A stretch of DNA of 64,000 bases from the human T2T-CHM13v2.0 reference genome, Homo sapiens: the NCBI RefSeq assembly GCF_009914755.1, contig NC_060925.1; one strand, 5' to 3'. The position numbers and the translations under genes were made by a program. Under the pieces are notes generated by a model that worked only from the letters and a program-made list of their open reading frames with translations, had not been told where the DNA came from and searched no databases. Every line of letters starts with the position of its first letter. Position 1 is the first letter of the stretch. Shown here one piece after another: positions 44,456 through 56,872 of the stretch.

Positions 44456-44697
44456 TTTTGCTCTGTTGCCCAGACTGGAGTGCAGTGGTGCAGTCTTGGT
44501 TTACTGCAACCTCCAACTCCTGTGCTCAAGAGATCCTCCCACCTCAGCTTCCATAGTAGCAGGGACCATAGGCACATGCCACCACATTCAGCCTTTTTTT
44601 GGTGGAGACAGGGTTTAACCATGTTGTTGAGGCTGGTCTCAAACTCCTGGGCTCAAGGTATCCATTCACTTCAGCCTCCTAAAATGCTGGTAATACA
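44456..44697 (-). mobile_element. AluJ lacking its tail, abutting the previous Alu tail-to-tail
   Basis: gctctgttgcccagactggagtgcagtgg...gctcaagagatcctcccacctcagc...aaaatgctggtaataca. Confidence 0.9.
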
Positions 44698-44929
44698 AGA
44701 AGAAGTTAAATAATTTAAGAGAAATATTAAACAGTGAAATCATAGCGAGTTTGTAATTAATGATGTAAACATTTAACTGTAGCTCCTTGGCCAAATTAGT
44801 TATACTTTCCGATTTTAAACATCTTTATAGGAATGAAAATGCTGACTTTGCATTGTGTTATGGTAACAATTCATGTAAATGTATGTAAAGTAAAATAACA
44901 GTACTGTTCTATCCCTTTTAACAATAAAA

Positions 44930-45050
44930 ACAACCCCATGGGAGAAACACTCTTTCCCACTTTTACAGATGAGGAAGCCAACTTATAAAGTTTTGTAAGC
45001 TACCTGGTTTTTAAGAGATGAATCCAGAATTTGAGTTCAGTAATATTAAT
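44930..45050 (-). mobile_element. MIR fragment
   Basis: cccacttttacagatgaggaagc. Confidence 0.65.
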
Positions 45051-45097
45051 CCCAATTCCTGTTTTGTTGTTGTTATAAACTGAATCGAGAAGTACTA

Positions 45098-45170
45098 TTA
45101 GGTTAGTGCAAAAGTGTTTTGCAATGACTCAGCCTCCACAGTAGCAGGGACCATAGGCACATGCCACCAC

Positions 45171-45211
<41 letters not shown>

Positions 45212-45303
45212 GTGGAGACAGGGTTTAACAATGTTGCTGAGGCTGGCATCGAACTCCTGGGTCAAGGTATCCAAGTAATAGCAATTACTTTGCACCAATA
45301 TAA
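45098..45303. mobile_element. MADE1 (Hsmar1-derived MITE) containing a 146-bp Alu-derived insert
   Basis: Left TIR ta|ttaggttagtgcaaaagt, right TIR gcaattactttgcaccaatataa; insert 45128-45273. Confidence 0.88.
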
Positions 45304-46555
45304 TGTTACCTGTTTTTAGAACATAGGTTCTGAAATATTGTTACAACCTTAATGTCACTTTTTAATTTTGACAGGTCTTGTTAACTCATTTAAACTTTAA
45401 TTCTCTGATCAGTATTATGGGAAACATAATCTTCCCGTGGAATGTTGAGTAATCCCTTACATGTGTTTTCTGGGTGATAACACACAGTAAAATAATAATT
45501 TGTGTAGATAATTGAGTAAATCAAATGAAATAGGAAACAAGGGACTTTTCATGGTCGGATTTACATGCTATTTAGACTATGTTCTCAAAAATGTAAGATT
45601 TTAATTTAGTAAATTAGATTTTCGTATACCCCTAAAAGTTTATAACTATGTTTATGTACGTGATAAGTCATCCTAAAGAATTCCAAGTATTGCCCTTGGA
45701 AATGTTACTTTTAAATCAGTTGTAATTCTAAGTAATAGAAAATATTAAAATTTTTATAACTTTCCTGGAAATATTAATTATGTGGATTGTTTCTTATCAA
45801 TAAATATGAGCTTTCTATAAATATTTATTTTTTGTAAAGAGTATATGTTTTGAGGGAAAGCATATCAAATGAAAATTTGTATACTGAATTTGAAAAAAAA
45901 CTGTTTGCAAAAAACATTTTATTGAAGTCTCCTTAATCCAGTTGAAATTCATGTCATGACATAATGTTCTATGTTATTCCAGTTATTTACTTATAATTTA
46001 CATCTTACAAAGCATCAGCTTTTGCCTTCTAACAGCAGAAATAGATTATCATAAACAATAAAATCTGATTCAGCAGGGTAGGTGAAAGTCTTTGAGAGAT
46101 TTATAACAAAGAAATCTTCTCAGAAGATAAAAAGTAATAAAGATCATGAAAGTGTTTTACTTTACAATAATTTGGAAACACACACTAATATTCAGAATTT
46201 TATCAGGAGCAAACAAACAAAAGTATTTTTATGTTATTGCTCTAAAAGAAATATACTGAGATCTATAAAGTTATTGTTATATTATTGTTTTTATTGATCC
46301 AAAGGTCAATGATATCAATAATTTTTCTATAATCTTTGCTAACATTTGGAATAGATATAACTATTTGAATACTAATTGATTGATATTTAAAAATAATCAC
46401 AATACTAGAATTTTTGCAAAAGTGAGAATGTAGGTTTTACTTACCTAAAATTTATCCTGGGTAATTTTTATAACACTTCTTTATTAATTTTTTAAAAACC
46501 TGCATCCAGATTTCTCTTGCAATCATTTTTACCAGATTCTTAATTACAGTACTGC

Positions 46556-46599
46556 TATTAATTTGGTGCAAAAGTAATTACCTTTGCACTAATCTAATA
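46556..46599. mobile_element. Internally deleted MADE1
   Basis: tattaatttggtgcaaaagtaattacctttgcactaatctaata: both TIRs and TA TSDs, centre missing. Confidence 0.85.
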
Positions 46600-47539
46600 A
46601 CTCAGATGAGAAGTACAGAATTATGGTTTAATCTGACTTATTTAGAGAGCACAAATAAAGTGTCTCCTTATTCATGGATTTAAAACATTGTCTTTAACTT
46701 AGAGCTTTAGAAAAGGCAAAATTGTTTAATGGATAAAATTGAGAAATATGCTGTAACTAAACGATTTCTCTATGACAGCAATTACTTGAGTCTTAAAAAG
46801 GAGCGTAATGGAAAGAGTAAAGTTTGCAGCCAGGCACACAACAGTTTGAATCTGAGCTCTACCCTTAGAAATAATGTGGCCTTGAGCAATTACATTTATC
46901 TATAGCAAACACTCAATTCTTATATCACACCACTGCATTGTTTGAAAACTCCAAATGGGTTCTGGATGGAATGATGAGCTTTACTCTCTTGTTTTGCTTC
47001 ACATATTCTTCTGTCCTGTTTTTTATTGTTCTGTCTTCAGTACTACAGTTTTGTTTGCTTTTATTTATTTTTATCCCCTTATAGATCTATATTCCTTATA
47101 ACATTTTTTTTGCCCCCAACAAGATATCAGGAAGCACTATAAACTTCCATTTGGAGTCACAGATCAACAGACACACATTAAATTGTTCAGAATCTACTAA
47201 TAGCATAAACGTTATTCAGACGTACCTCTAACATTCCTTGGGCTGTGCAAGGGCACAAACTGAGGCCAGCATATGTCTAAAAAATTTCCATAAGACTAAG
47301 AAATTTAAAGTAATAAGTAAAGCTATTAAACTATTAAAATTGATTTTTTACTTAGATTTTGACAAATAGACTTTTATTCCACCAAAATAGACAAATATGA
47401 TTAAAGCTATGGTTTTATAAAACTGTATGTCTGAAAAATATCAAATGACTAAATGCAACAAATACTGCATATGTCTTTGTAATCTGTATTATTTAGAAAA
47501 TGCTAAAATAATAGAATCTAAGTATTTTTAAGCTTAATT

Positions 47540-47735
47540 TTTAAATTATTTTTTATTATACTTCAAGTTCTGGGATACATGTGCAGAACGTGCAGGTTCA
47601 TTACATAGGTATACATGTGCCATGGTGGTTTGCTGCACCCATCAACCTGTCATCTACATTAGGCATTTCTCATAATGCCATCACTACCCTTGACCCCCAC
47701 CCTCTGACAGGCCCCAGTGTGTTCCTATTTCTCCA
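47540..47735 (-). mobile_element. L1PA7-like 3' end joined directly to its own 5' truncation point
   Basis: aagttctgggatacatgtgcagaacgtgcagg...acaggccccagtgtg|ttcctatttctcca. Confidence 0.9.
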
Positions 47736-47951
47736 TCTAATTTTGCAAGCATGTCATTTTATAAGACTTTTTTCTTCACTAAAATTTGTTTGTCTTACCT
47801 TTTAAATATAGTGACAATTGTCATATTAAATGCAAACTTATCATGATGTATACTTTTAACATCCCTCATTTGTATGGATCTTTCCAAGATCCCAATTTTT
47901 ATTTATATTTATGTAAGTATCTTTTTAATTTTCTTTTTCTAAAAATGTGTG

Positions 47952-48082
47952 CCCCAAAATGATAAGTATATGAGGTAATGCCTACATAAGTTAGCTTGAT
48001 TTATCATTCCATAAGGTGTACATATTTCAAAACTACATGTTGTACATGATAACATATATATTTTTATCAATTAAAATTAATA
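47952..48082 (+). mobile_element. L1MA-like 3' end
   Basis: aaatgataagtatatgaggtaatg...ttagcttgattt..cattcca...catgttgtacatgataa. Confidence 0.8.
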
Positions 48083-48406
48083 CTTTTATAAAAAGAAAAT
48101 TATAAAAATCAGAAAATTATTAAAAATTATTGTAAAAATCAGCCTTGTGACCGAAGAAAATACTGAAATTCTCATAGTATGTGGAGGCCTGAAATATATT
48201 ACCAAAGACAGGTGAACAATAACAAAAACAAAAAAGTGACTTTGGGAACCACTACTGTAGCATTTAACTAGTCCCCAAACAATCAAGATAACAACAACAA
48301 AATGACAAAAATATGTTTGTTATTTAGAAGGAGCATCAAGATTTCAGAAAAATAAGGTAGTTGGTCAAGCCTAGTAGCCCATTTAGGCCCAGGGAAGAAG
48401 GATACC

Positions 48407-48860
48407 TGTGTTTTGTTCCCCTCCGTGTGCCCAGATATTCTCATTGTTCAACTCCCACTTAGGATTGAGAACATGCTGTGTTTGGTTTTCTGTTCCTGTG
48501 TTAGTCTGCTGAGAATGATGGTTTCCAGCTTCATCCATGTCCCTGCAAAGGACATGAACTCATTCTTTTTTATGACTGCATAGTATTACACAGTGTACAT
48601 GTGTCAAGTTGTCTTTATCCAGTCTATCATTGATGGGCATTTGGTTGGTCCCAAGTCTTTGCTATTGTGAATAGTGCTACAATAAACATACGTGTGCATG
48701 TGTCTTTATAGTAGAATGATTTATAACCCTTTGGGTATATACCCAGTAACGGGATTGCTGGGTCAAGTGGTATTTCTGGTTCCAGATTCTTGAGGAATCA
48801 TCACACTGTCTTCCACAATGGTTAAACTAATTTACACTCCCATCAACAGTGTAAAAGTGT
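48407..48860 (-). mobile_element. L1PA7-like internal fragment, the piece missing from 47540-47735
   Basis: Starts tgtgttttgttcccc, ends caacagtgtaaaagtgt; no poly(A), no TSD. Confidence 0.92.
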
Positions 48861-50238
48861 AGGCTTTGGGCATCAGGAAACCTGGGTATAATGAAGATTA
48901 TCACATTACATTTTTAATTGCTTTATCTCCACAGTTAGTAATAATCAGAAATATCTAAATACTCAAACCTCCACTGTTCATGAGGCTAAGAAAAAAAACC
49001 AGTAAAATGTTTAGTGCCATGAATAATTAATTGGCTAATGACATGCACTAGTGCTTTGTAATGAAAGAAATAATAAGTAGAAATGGCCATAATTATTAGT
49101 TATAGTAATAAAAAATAATAAATTTCAAGTAAGCTAAACTAGAAGCACTATTACATTTTGCCAAATGTAAACTTCCAGAATATGGAGAATATTTTTTTCA
49201 CTCTGAGTAATTTTGATAAATCATGTATTTTGATAGGGAAATATGTATCTTTTTTTTTTCCTTCTACAAAATTTCAGAGACAATAGCTATTAGGATAAAT
49301 TAAATTAATTGTATCCTTCATAACTAAATATTTCACCTACAGAGAATTTCTAATTGGTTTCATATATCTTAAGAACAGATTGTCCATTGGCTATAATTGT
49401 TATCTAAATTGATAGCCAACATTAAAGACTCCCTTACACATGAAAGTAAAATCCTTGAGAAGCAATATTTTAACTAAATTTGCACTGTTCATGAGTAGAA
49501 AAAAATCAATTCAGTTTTCTGAGCAGAACATAAGAATTCTTCCCAAGAACTGTTAAATGTGACACATTCATATAATTAATGTTTTATAAAAGAATTTCAC
49601 AGCAGACACTTGAGGCTATGCAGCTTTATTATCTCTGGATATAATGTACCACATTCTTTGCTTATTACTTTAGGTTTCAGATCTTCTTGTAATGCAGACT
49701 ATTACCCTCAGGCCATAAACAGTTGTGCATGATTGCATAGGCTTAAAATCCCCATGATCAACCACTTTTTTTGATTTTTCAACTGAATTTTGTAAAACCT
49801 TCACCATGCTTGATACTTCATTTTTCCTTCCAAATGTCTGTTATTCCTAGATTTGTAATTTTATCTTATCTGGATCTGTCCGTCTTTCCATTTCTATAGC
49901 TTATCTCCCCGTTTAGCTCCTTATTAACTCATTCTTAGATAATAGAAACTTACCCTAACTTGTAGGTCTATCTCAAGTATCTTTTATCTGTGATACATCA
50001 TATCCACAATCTCCCTGATGCATGACTTTCCTCTATTTCTGAAAATAGAATGAAACAATAGCAATAGTAAAACATGTGTAGTTCTTTATTTCCTAAATGG
50101 AGACACTTTAAAGTTCCCAAACCCGAATTTTCCACAATCTGAATTTAATTTGTATTTCAAAAGTTATCTTGCAAAGCATCCATTAATAAATCTTTGGTCA
50201 CTAAATATCTGCAGCATGTTTTATGACATGCACCAGAG

Positions 50239-50657
50239 CAGGGTGCCCAACCTCCAGGCCATGGATGTGAACCAGCCTGTGGCCTGCTGGGAACCAGGCC
50301 ACACAGCAAGAGGTGAGGAGTGGGCAAGGGAGCATTACCACCTGAGCTCCACCTCGTGTCAGATCAGCGATGGAATTAGAATCTTTTTTTTTTTTTTTTT
50401 GAGACAGAGTCTCACTCTGTTGCCCAGGCTGGAGTGCAGTGGTGCAATCTTGGCATTAGATTCTTATGGGAGGGTGAAACCTATTGTGAACTGCGCATGC
50501 AAGGGATCTAGGTTGCACATTCCTTATAAGAATCTAATGCCTGATGATCTAAGGTGGAGCAGCTTCATCCTGAAACCACCCCGTCACTCCCCCATATGTG
50601 AAAGATTTTTCTTCCATGAAACTAGTCCCTGGTACCAAAAATAGTGGGGACCACTGC
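50239..50657 (+). mobile_element. MER1B split by a truncated Alu
   Basis: cagggtgcccaacctccaggccatgg...gtcagatcagc...ttccatgaaactagtccctggtaccaaaa..gtggggaccactg. Confidence 0.9.
50384..50454 (-). mobile_element. Severely 5'-truncated Alu (about 54 bp plus tail)
   Basis: T17 gagacagagtctcactctgttgcccaggctggagtgcagtggtgcaatcttggc; TSD tggaattagaatctt / tggcattagattctt. Confidence 0.93.
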
Positions 50658-50930
50658 ACTAGAGCTTTCTAATGAAGGAAATAGTAATATTTTCACGTAT
50701 ACATAAACACATTGACTTCTACTCTTGGGATACTCTTCTGCTATTGGACTTGTTCACTTCAAGATCTATCTTATATCCTACTTTCTTCTTGATCTCTAAG
50801 CCATTCACCCTAGATCTGATAGGGGTTTTCACTATAACTCTTATAGCACTTAAAAAGAGAAAATAATACTCCAGTTAATTTCTTAAAGTTGGTGTCAAAT
50901 TTAAACTATTTTAAATAATACTGCAAAGCA

Positions 50931-51497
50931 GAGTTACTGATTACCAGATCCAAGGAGGAACCCCTTTTTATGGAGGATAGAAAAGGTTATCACTGTGCCA
51001 ATCACCAAGAATAGGAGTTCAAACACATTAGTCCACTTGTATCTTGGGCAGCACTTTTACTAGTTGCCTTAATCCAGTAAGATAGAATACTAACAAACAG
51101 TAAGTCATATAAAACAGGTCTATTACTTAAAGATAAGCAGGCAGGCAGGGATAACAGAAGCATAGACTTTATCTCAAGATAGTCCCCGAAGGCTCAGAAA
51201 AGCTGCCCAGGATGGATAGAATCTCATCTTAGTGTATCCCAAATGTTTTGCAGCTGAGTGACACAAAAGCAGTCTGCCGTGGGTTTTATGACCTAAAGGA
51301 AGGGTCACTTTCTGGAAAAGCATTGTAGGACATTCTATTTTAGGAGGGACAGGATCAAAACCTCGGCTCTTTCAAATAGTTCCTCCTTATTTCAGAATTT
51401 TGCATTTCCTGAGCATCCTACAGTTATTCTAAGTACTATAAGCAGGAAGTTGGGAGGAAAGCTTGGTCACCCAGGGCAATTTGAGAACTGTACTGCA
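50931..51497 (-). mobile_element. Solo LTR, MER74/MER73-like (ERVL)
   Basis: Reverse complement begins tgcagtacagttctcaaattgccctgg...agaataactgtaggatgct...ctgaaataaggaggaact. Confidence 0.65.
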
Positions 51498-52559
51498 AAT
51501 ATATATATGAAAATAATATAAGAAATATCATTTAAAATTTTATTTTGGTTTATAACAGTTTGCAATGCATGGAAAGTGGTATTTAAGTTTTAGAGTTGTG
51601 CAGATATAAGTCTAATTTTTTAACCTCCTCTCATGGTAGCTTAAGGGAAACCAGGATTAAAATGGGATCTCCTAAATAGGAAAAATTGAGAAAAGACCAA
51701 GAAGTGAATGTCAGTTATATAGTTAATAATTTTCTATTGTAAAGCAGAATCACCTAAGTCACTGCACAAAACCAAATGACAGAGAAAAATTACAGGCAAC
51801 TTTAGAGGTCAGGAACAAGATAGGACTCAAATACATCAAGTATAAGGTGAATGTAAGAGGATAGTGGCACCCATGATATTAAAGGCTTTTATTGCTTTTA
51901 CCTACATAGTTCCTTGAAAGATCAATAAAAATTAAAATTACTAGATAGATGCTTTTCTCAAGGAATAAATAACAAATACAAGAATATACATATGTGAACA
52001 TTAGCATTAAAATAATTATTGATATAAAACGTATAACTGAACATGATTTTTCCTGTATATTAAGTATGAGATATTGTAATTTTGGGGGGAATATTTTTAT
52101 ACACCCATTTGTTCTTTTTTGACAGGACAGAAAACTGAAAAAAAATCATTGTTAAACCTATTTTGAAGTTAAAATTTATTATAATCACAAAATGTTTCCC
52201 AATTTGATTCAGAAAGAGGAATAATTTATGAAGAACCAGTTATATGCCAGTCCTGTGCTAGATAACTACATGTATTTCATTATTTAATATCCACAAAATA
52301 CCATGATGTGAGGTAGAGAAGAGTTACTCATTCTGCAATATATATTTTTCACATTATTACTCAAATATAACAATGAGAATTTTATTTTTATGGTAGTGTT
52401 TTGTTTTTTGAAAAATATAAAGTGCTTTAAATAAAGTCTGGAATGGTATACCTTTCCCAAGAGAAGCAACCATAACAGATGAAACTTATTTAAAAAACAA
52501 ATATTTAATACATTTGAATGTCCTAATGAAAAACAGCAAATACATAAATACTTATTGAA

Positions 52560-53770
52560 GAAAATGCACTAAACCTTGACAAGACCATCAAGTGGCTGTG
52601 GCCATTGTAACACACTGCTCTTTAAATATAGCCACATAGCTTATGTTGATGGACTCCCTGCTCAAGTGTGTGTAGGCAAGATCACAGGACTCTCTTGCCA
52701 TTCATTTACCAGTCTAGGGCTACAGTATCTCTCCAGGAGTGGCAGGACAACAGCATTTTTTATTCTCCTTAGCTCTGTATTGTAGAAGCTCTTTTTAAGC
52801 CAAGAGAGGGTGAGAGATTTGGAGCACCTTTTGCCCACTGATGCTCCACTTCTAAACAGGAAGCTCTACTCTAGGCACAGCCAACCAAGAGCACTGAGGC
52901 CCAACCATCCTCATTTAACATCATTCATACGGTAGAGTTTTATGTCAAGTGAGACAAGCTGAGAGAACCAAAAGCTACTATTCTTCCCCAGTACCATCAT
53001 TATAAAGCAGAGATGTATCTGAGACAATTATGCCATTGGATTCCACCATGCCCCAGATACACAGCAGTGGTGCAAAAGTTTTACACAAGTTAAAAAGGAA
53101 GGTAGTAAAAAGAGAAAGTTGTGAAGCACATCCCAAGAGAATAAGTTTTATTTAGAAGAGATCCCATGAAATTTAAGGCATAAGGACACTGTTGAAAACA
53201 ATGTAAATTTTGTAAGCAATTAATAGGAGGCTGGTGGCTTCATGAGAGCAACAAGCTAAATGTCAATGAGCTATATTTTTAAGAGACAACCAGGAAAAAA
53301 AAAAAAAAAGCAAAGAAAAAGCTGAGAAGAAGCCACTTGGAATATATGAAGACTCATAAAATGACCATAAAGACTATACCTGAAAACATTCAAAATTTAG
53401 TTGTATCAGACTTTGGGGCAATTTATCTTCTAGCACATAATTTACCTTATAGAGGGACCTGTAACAAGATTAACAGCTGATATGTCATCTAAATTTATGG
53501 ATGCCAGGAAACAGTAGTATAACAAAAACTGAACCATTCTTGTGCCACAAACACCACCCCCGGCACAATGCCTCACAATTGAGGGGGAGGTGGATTTCTA
53601 ACTCCCAGCCCTGCACTCAGTAGTGAAGGGCATTGTTCACACATCTCACACACCACGTTTTATGGTTGCCAACTGAGGGACTAGCTTCTAAATCCACTAA
53701 CTCTGGGAACCAATGGCAAGGGGCATTCATACATCCCCTGGGACCCACAGAACAAAGAAGCCTTTTAAAC
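52560..53770 (+). mobile_element. Old L1 5' UTR and ORF1 fragments
   Basis: taccttatagagggacctgtaacaagattaacagctgat...gccaggaaacagtag is an ORF1 motif; upstream resembles L1M 5' UTR. Confidence 0.5.
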
Positions 53771-54954
53771 ATTAAATAAAATTAAAAATACAGCTTACCG
53801 AAACTGATGGGATGAAGCAAAATTAGTACCAAGAGGGAATTTTATAGATATAAGCAACTACATTAAAAGAAGAAAGATCTCAAATAAACAACCTAACTTT
53901 ACACCTCAAGGGATAGAAAAATAAGAAACAAAACCAAATATAGCATAAGTAAGAAAATAATTTTTAAAAATAGTACAAAATAAATTCAATAAAAATAGAA
54001 AAGAAAAAAAGTCAATGAAACTAAGAGTTTTTTTTGAAAAAAATAAATTCAATTGATAAAGCTTTATCTAGACCAATAAAATATACTCAAAATAAAATCA
54101 GGCATTACAATGGATGCCTCAGATATAAGAAGTATAAGGAACAGTGCCGAACACTTATATGCCAACAAATTTGACAACCTAGAGAGATTGCTAAATTTCT
54201 TAAAACATACAACCTGAATCAAGAAACAGAAAATGTGACTAAAGCAATATAAAACAAAGAGATTAAAGTAGTTATAATAATCATTTTTCAAAAATCTCCC
54301 AAGAAAGAAAAGCACAAGATGAGATGGCTTCATGGGTGAATTCTAGCAAGCATTCAAACAATAGCAATTTCTCTTAAATTATTCAGAAAATTGAAGTAGA
54401 GAGAATACTTCCAAATGAATTTTGAGGCCAGAATTGCCCTGATACCAAAGCCAGATAAAGATGCCACATGCATACAGATTTAGTAAAATTGAAGTATGCA
54501 AAATCAACATACAAAAACTGTTGTGTTTATATAAACAACTATCTATTCAAAAAGGAAATCAAGACAGCAATCCCATTTAAGATTGCATCAAAAATAATTC
54601 TGATGTATTAATTTAATGAAGGAAGTGAGGAAAAACATGTACATTTAAAACTATTAAATATTAATGAAAGAAAAGCTAAAAGGACAAAAATAAATGAAAT
54701 ATATACCAAGAAATATACCAAGTCTTCATATTGGAAGAATTAATATTGTTAAAATGTTCATACTATGCAAAGTAGTATACTGAGCAAATGTAATCCCTAT
54801 GAAAATCCCAGTAACAATTTTTACAGAATATTTTTTAAAATCTCAATTTCATGTGGAATACCAGAGGGCTTTGAAAAGCCATAGCAATCTTGAGAAAGAA
54901 AAACAAAGTTGGAGGCATCTCACTTCTTAATTTCAAGTTATTTTATAAATCTAT

Positions 54955-55323
54955 TTTATTAGTTTGTTCTCATGCTGCTAAGAAGAAATACCCAAGACTA
55001 GGTAATTTACAAAGGAAAGAGTCTTAATCAAGTCACAGTATCTGCAGGGCTTGAGAGGCCTCAGGAAACTTACAATCATGGTGGAAGGGGAAGCAAACAC
55101 ATCCGTCTTTACATGGTGACAGGAAGGAGAAGAATGAGAGCTGAGTGAAGGGGGAAGCTCCTTATAAAACCATCAGACCTCGTGAAAACTTAGGAGAATA
55201 CCATGGGGGAAACAGCCCCATGATTCAATTGCCTTCCACCGGGTCCCTCATACCACACATGGTGTTTATGGGATTATAGTTCAAAATGAGATTTGGATGG
55301 GGAAACAAAGCCAAACCATGTCA
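54955..55323 (-). mobile_element. THE1 (C/D-like) solo LTR
   Basis: tattagtttgttctcatgctgctaa...gaggcctcaggaaacttacaatcatgg...agccaaaccatgtca. Confidence 0.93.
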
Positions 55324-56201
55324 CCTAATTGTGATTAAAAAAAAATTTATGTTACTGGCATAAAAACAGACATATAATCTAATGGAACACAAGAGAGAGT
55401 TCAGAAATAAACCCAAGCCTATACAATCAACCAATTTTTGTACAAGAGCACCAAGAATACACAATGGGAAGAGGATAGTCTCTCCATTAAATTTTGCTAA
55501 GAGAACTGGATATCTACATGCAAAACAAAAAATCTGGACCCTTATCTTATACCATATAAAAAAATCAACTCAAAATGAATAAAAACTCTAAATGTAAAGC
55601 CTGACATCAATACTCTACAATGAAATATATGGTGAGGCCTTACACTTAATGTTTTTATTCATTTTGTATATCTTATTTGAACAAAAAGTATATTTTTCCT
55701 TTGGTTGTCTGACACTTGACAATGGCATTGGCAACGATTGCTTCAATATGACACAAAACAATCAGACAATCAAAGGAAAAATAAAACTAAATATAATATC
55801 AAACCAAAAAACAAGTGAGAATATTAAATCCAAAAACTTATGCACAGCAAAAGAAACAGCAAAATGAAAAAGTCAGGATGTGTATTGGAAGAAAATATTT
55901 GCAAACCATGTATCTTGCAAGGAGTTAATATCTAAAAATACATTAGGAACTCCCACAACTCAATAACACACATGCACAAAAAAACTGATTTTAAAATTAG
56001 AAAACAACCTAAATTTACAGTTTTTCAAAGAAGATATACAAATAGCCAGTGTATAAAAATGTGTTCAATATCACTAATCATGAGGGAAAGGCAAGTCAAA
56101 ACCAAAAAAAGCTATCATATCACATATTTATAGCAGCAATATTCATAGTAGCAAAGATAGGGAATCAATCTAAGCATCCATCAGTGAACAAATGGATAAA
56201 G

Positions 56202-56630
56202 TAAACCTCATATCTATATATGTGTGCATGTGCGTATATATATATGAGGTTTTATATATAATTTTTATATAATATGTGTACACACAGAAACACACACATA
56301 TTTAACCTATATATGAGGCTTTACATATATATAGGTTGTATACATGTAAATATATATATGAGGTGTTTTATATATGTGAGGTTATATACATAAACTATAT
56401 ATAAAGCATATATAGATATAAAACCTATATATAAAACCCTATATATAAATATATATAAAACCTCATATATGTAGGTTATATATATATTTGTATGTGTTTG
56501 TGTGTGTATATATACACACGTGTATATTATATAAAATATAATATGTATGTATATTATGTATTATATATAATATGTTATGTATTATATATTATATACACAC
56601 GTGTATATATATACACACTCAAACACACAT
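56202..56630. repeat. AT-rich low-complexity tract built from (TA)n plus aacct(c)at / at(g)aggtt units
   Basis: About 430 bp; the same motif recurs in both orientations. Confidence 0.9.
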
Positions 56631-56847
56631 GGAAGGCTATTTAACCACAAAAAAAAGAATAATGTTGGATCATTTGCAGCAACATGGATGGAACTAGAGG
56701 ACATTATGTCAAGTGAAATAAGCCAGGCACAGAAAGGCAAATGCTGCATATTCTTACTAGTATGTGGGAGCTAAAAATTTAATCTCATTGCCAGTTAGAG
56801 AGTGCCAACTCATGGAGTTAGTTACCAAATCCGGGATGGCTGTGTGT

Positions 56848-56872
56848 ATGGTGGTGGTGGTGGTGGTGGTGG
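56848..56872. repeat. (GGT)n microsatellite
   Basis: ggtggtggtggtggtggtggtgg. Confidence 0.9.

Noticed and set aside
50150-50644. 164-aa ORF
   Set aside because: Runs through MER1B and an Alu fragment and starts at TTG; no evidence of coding function.
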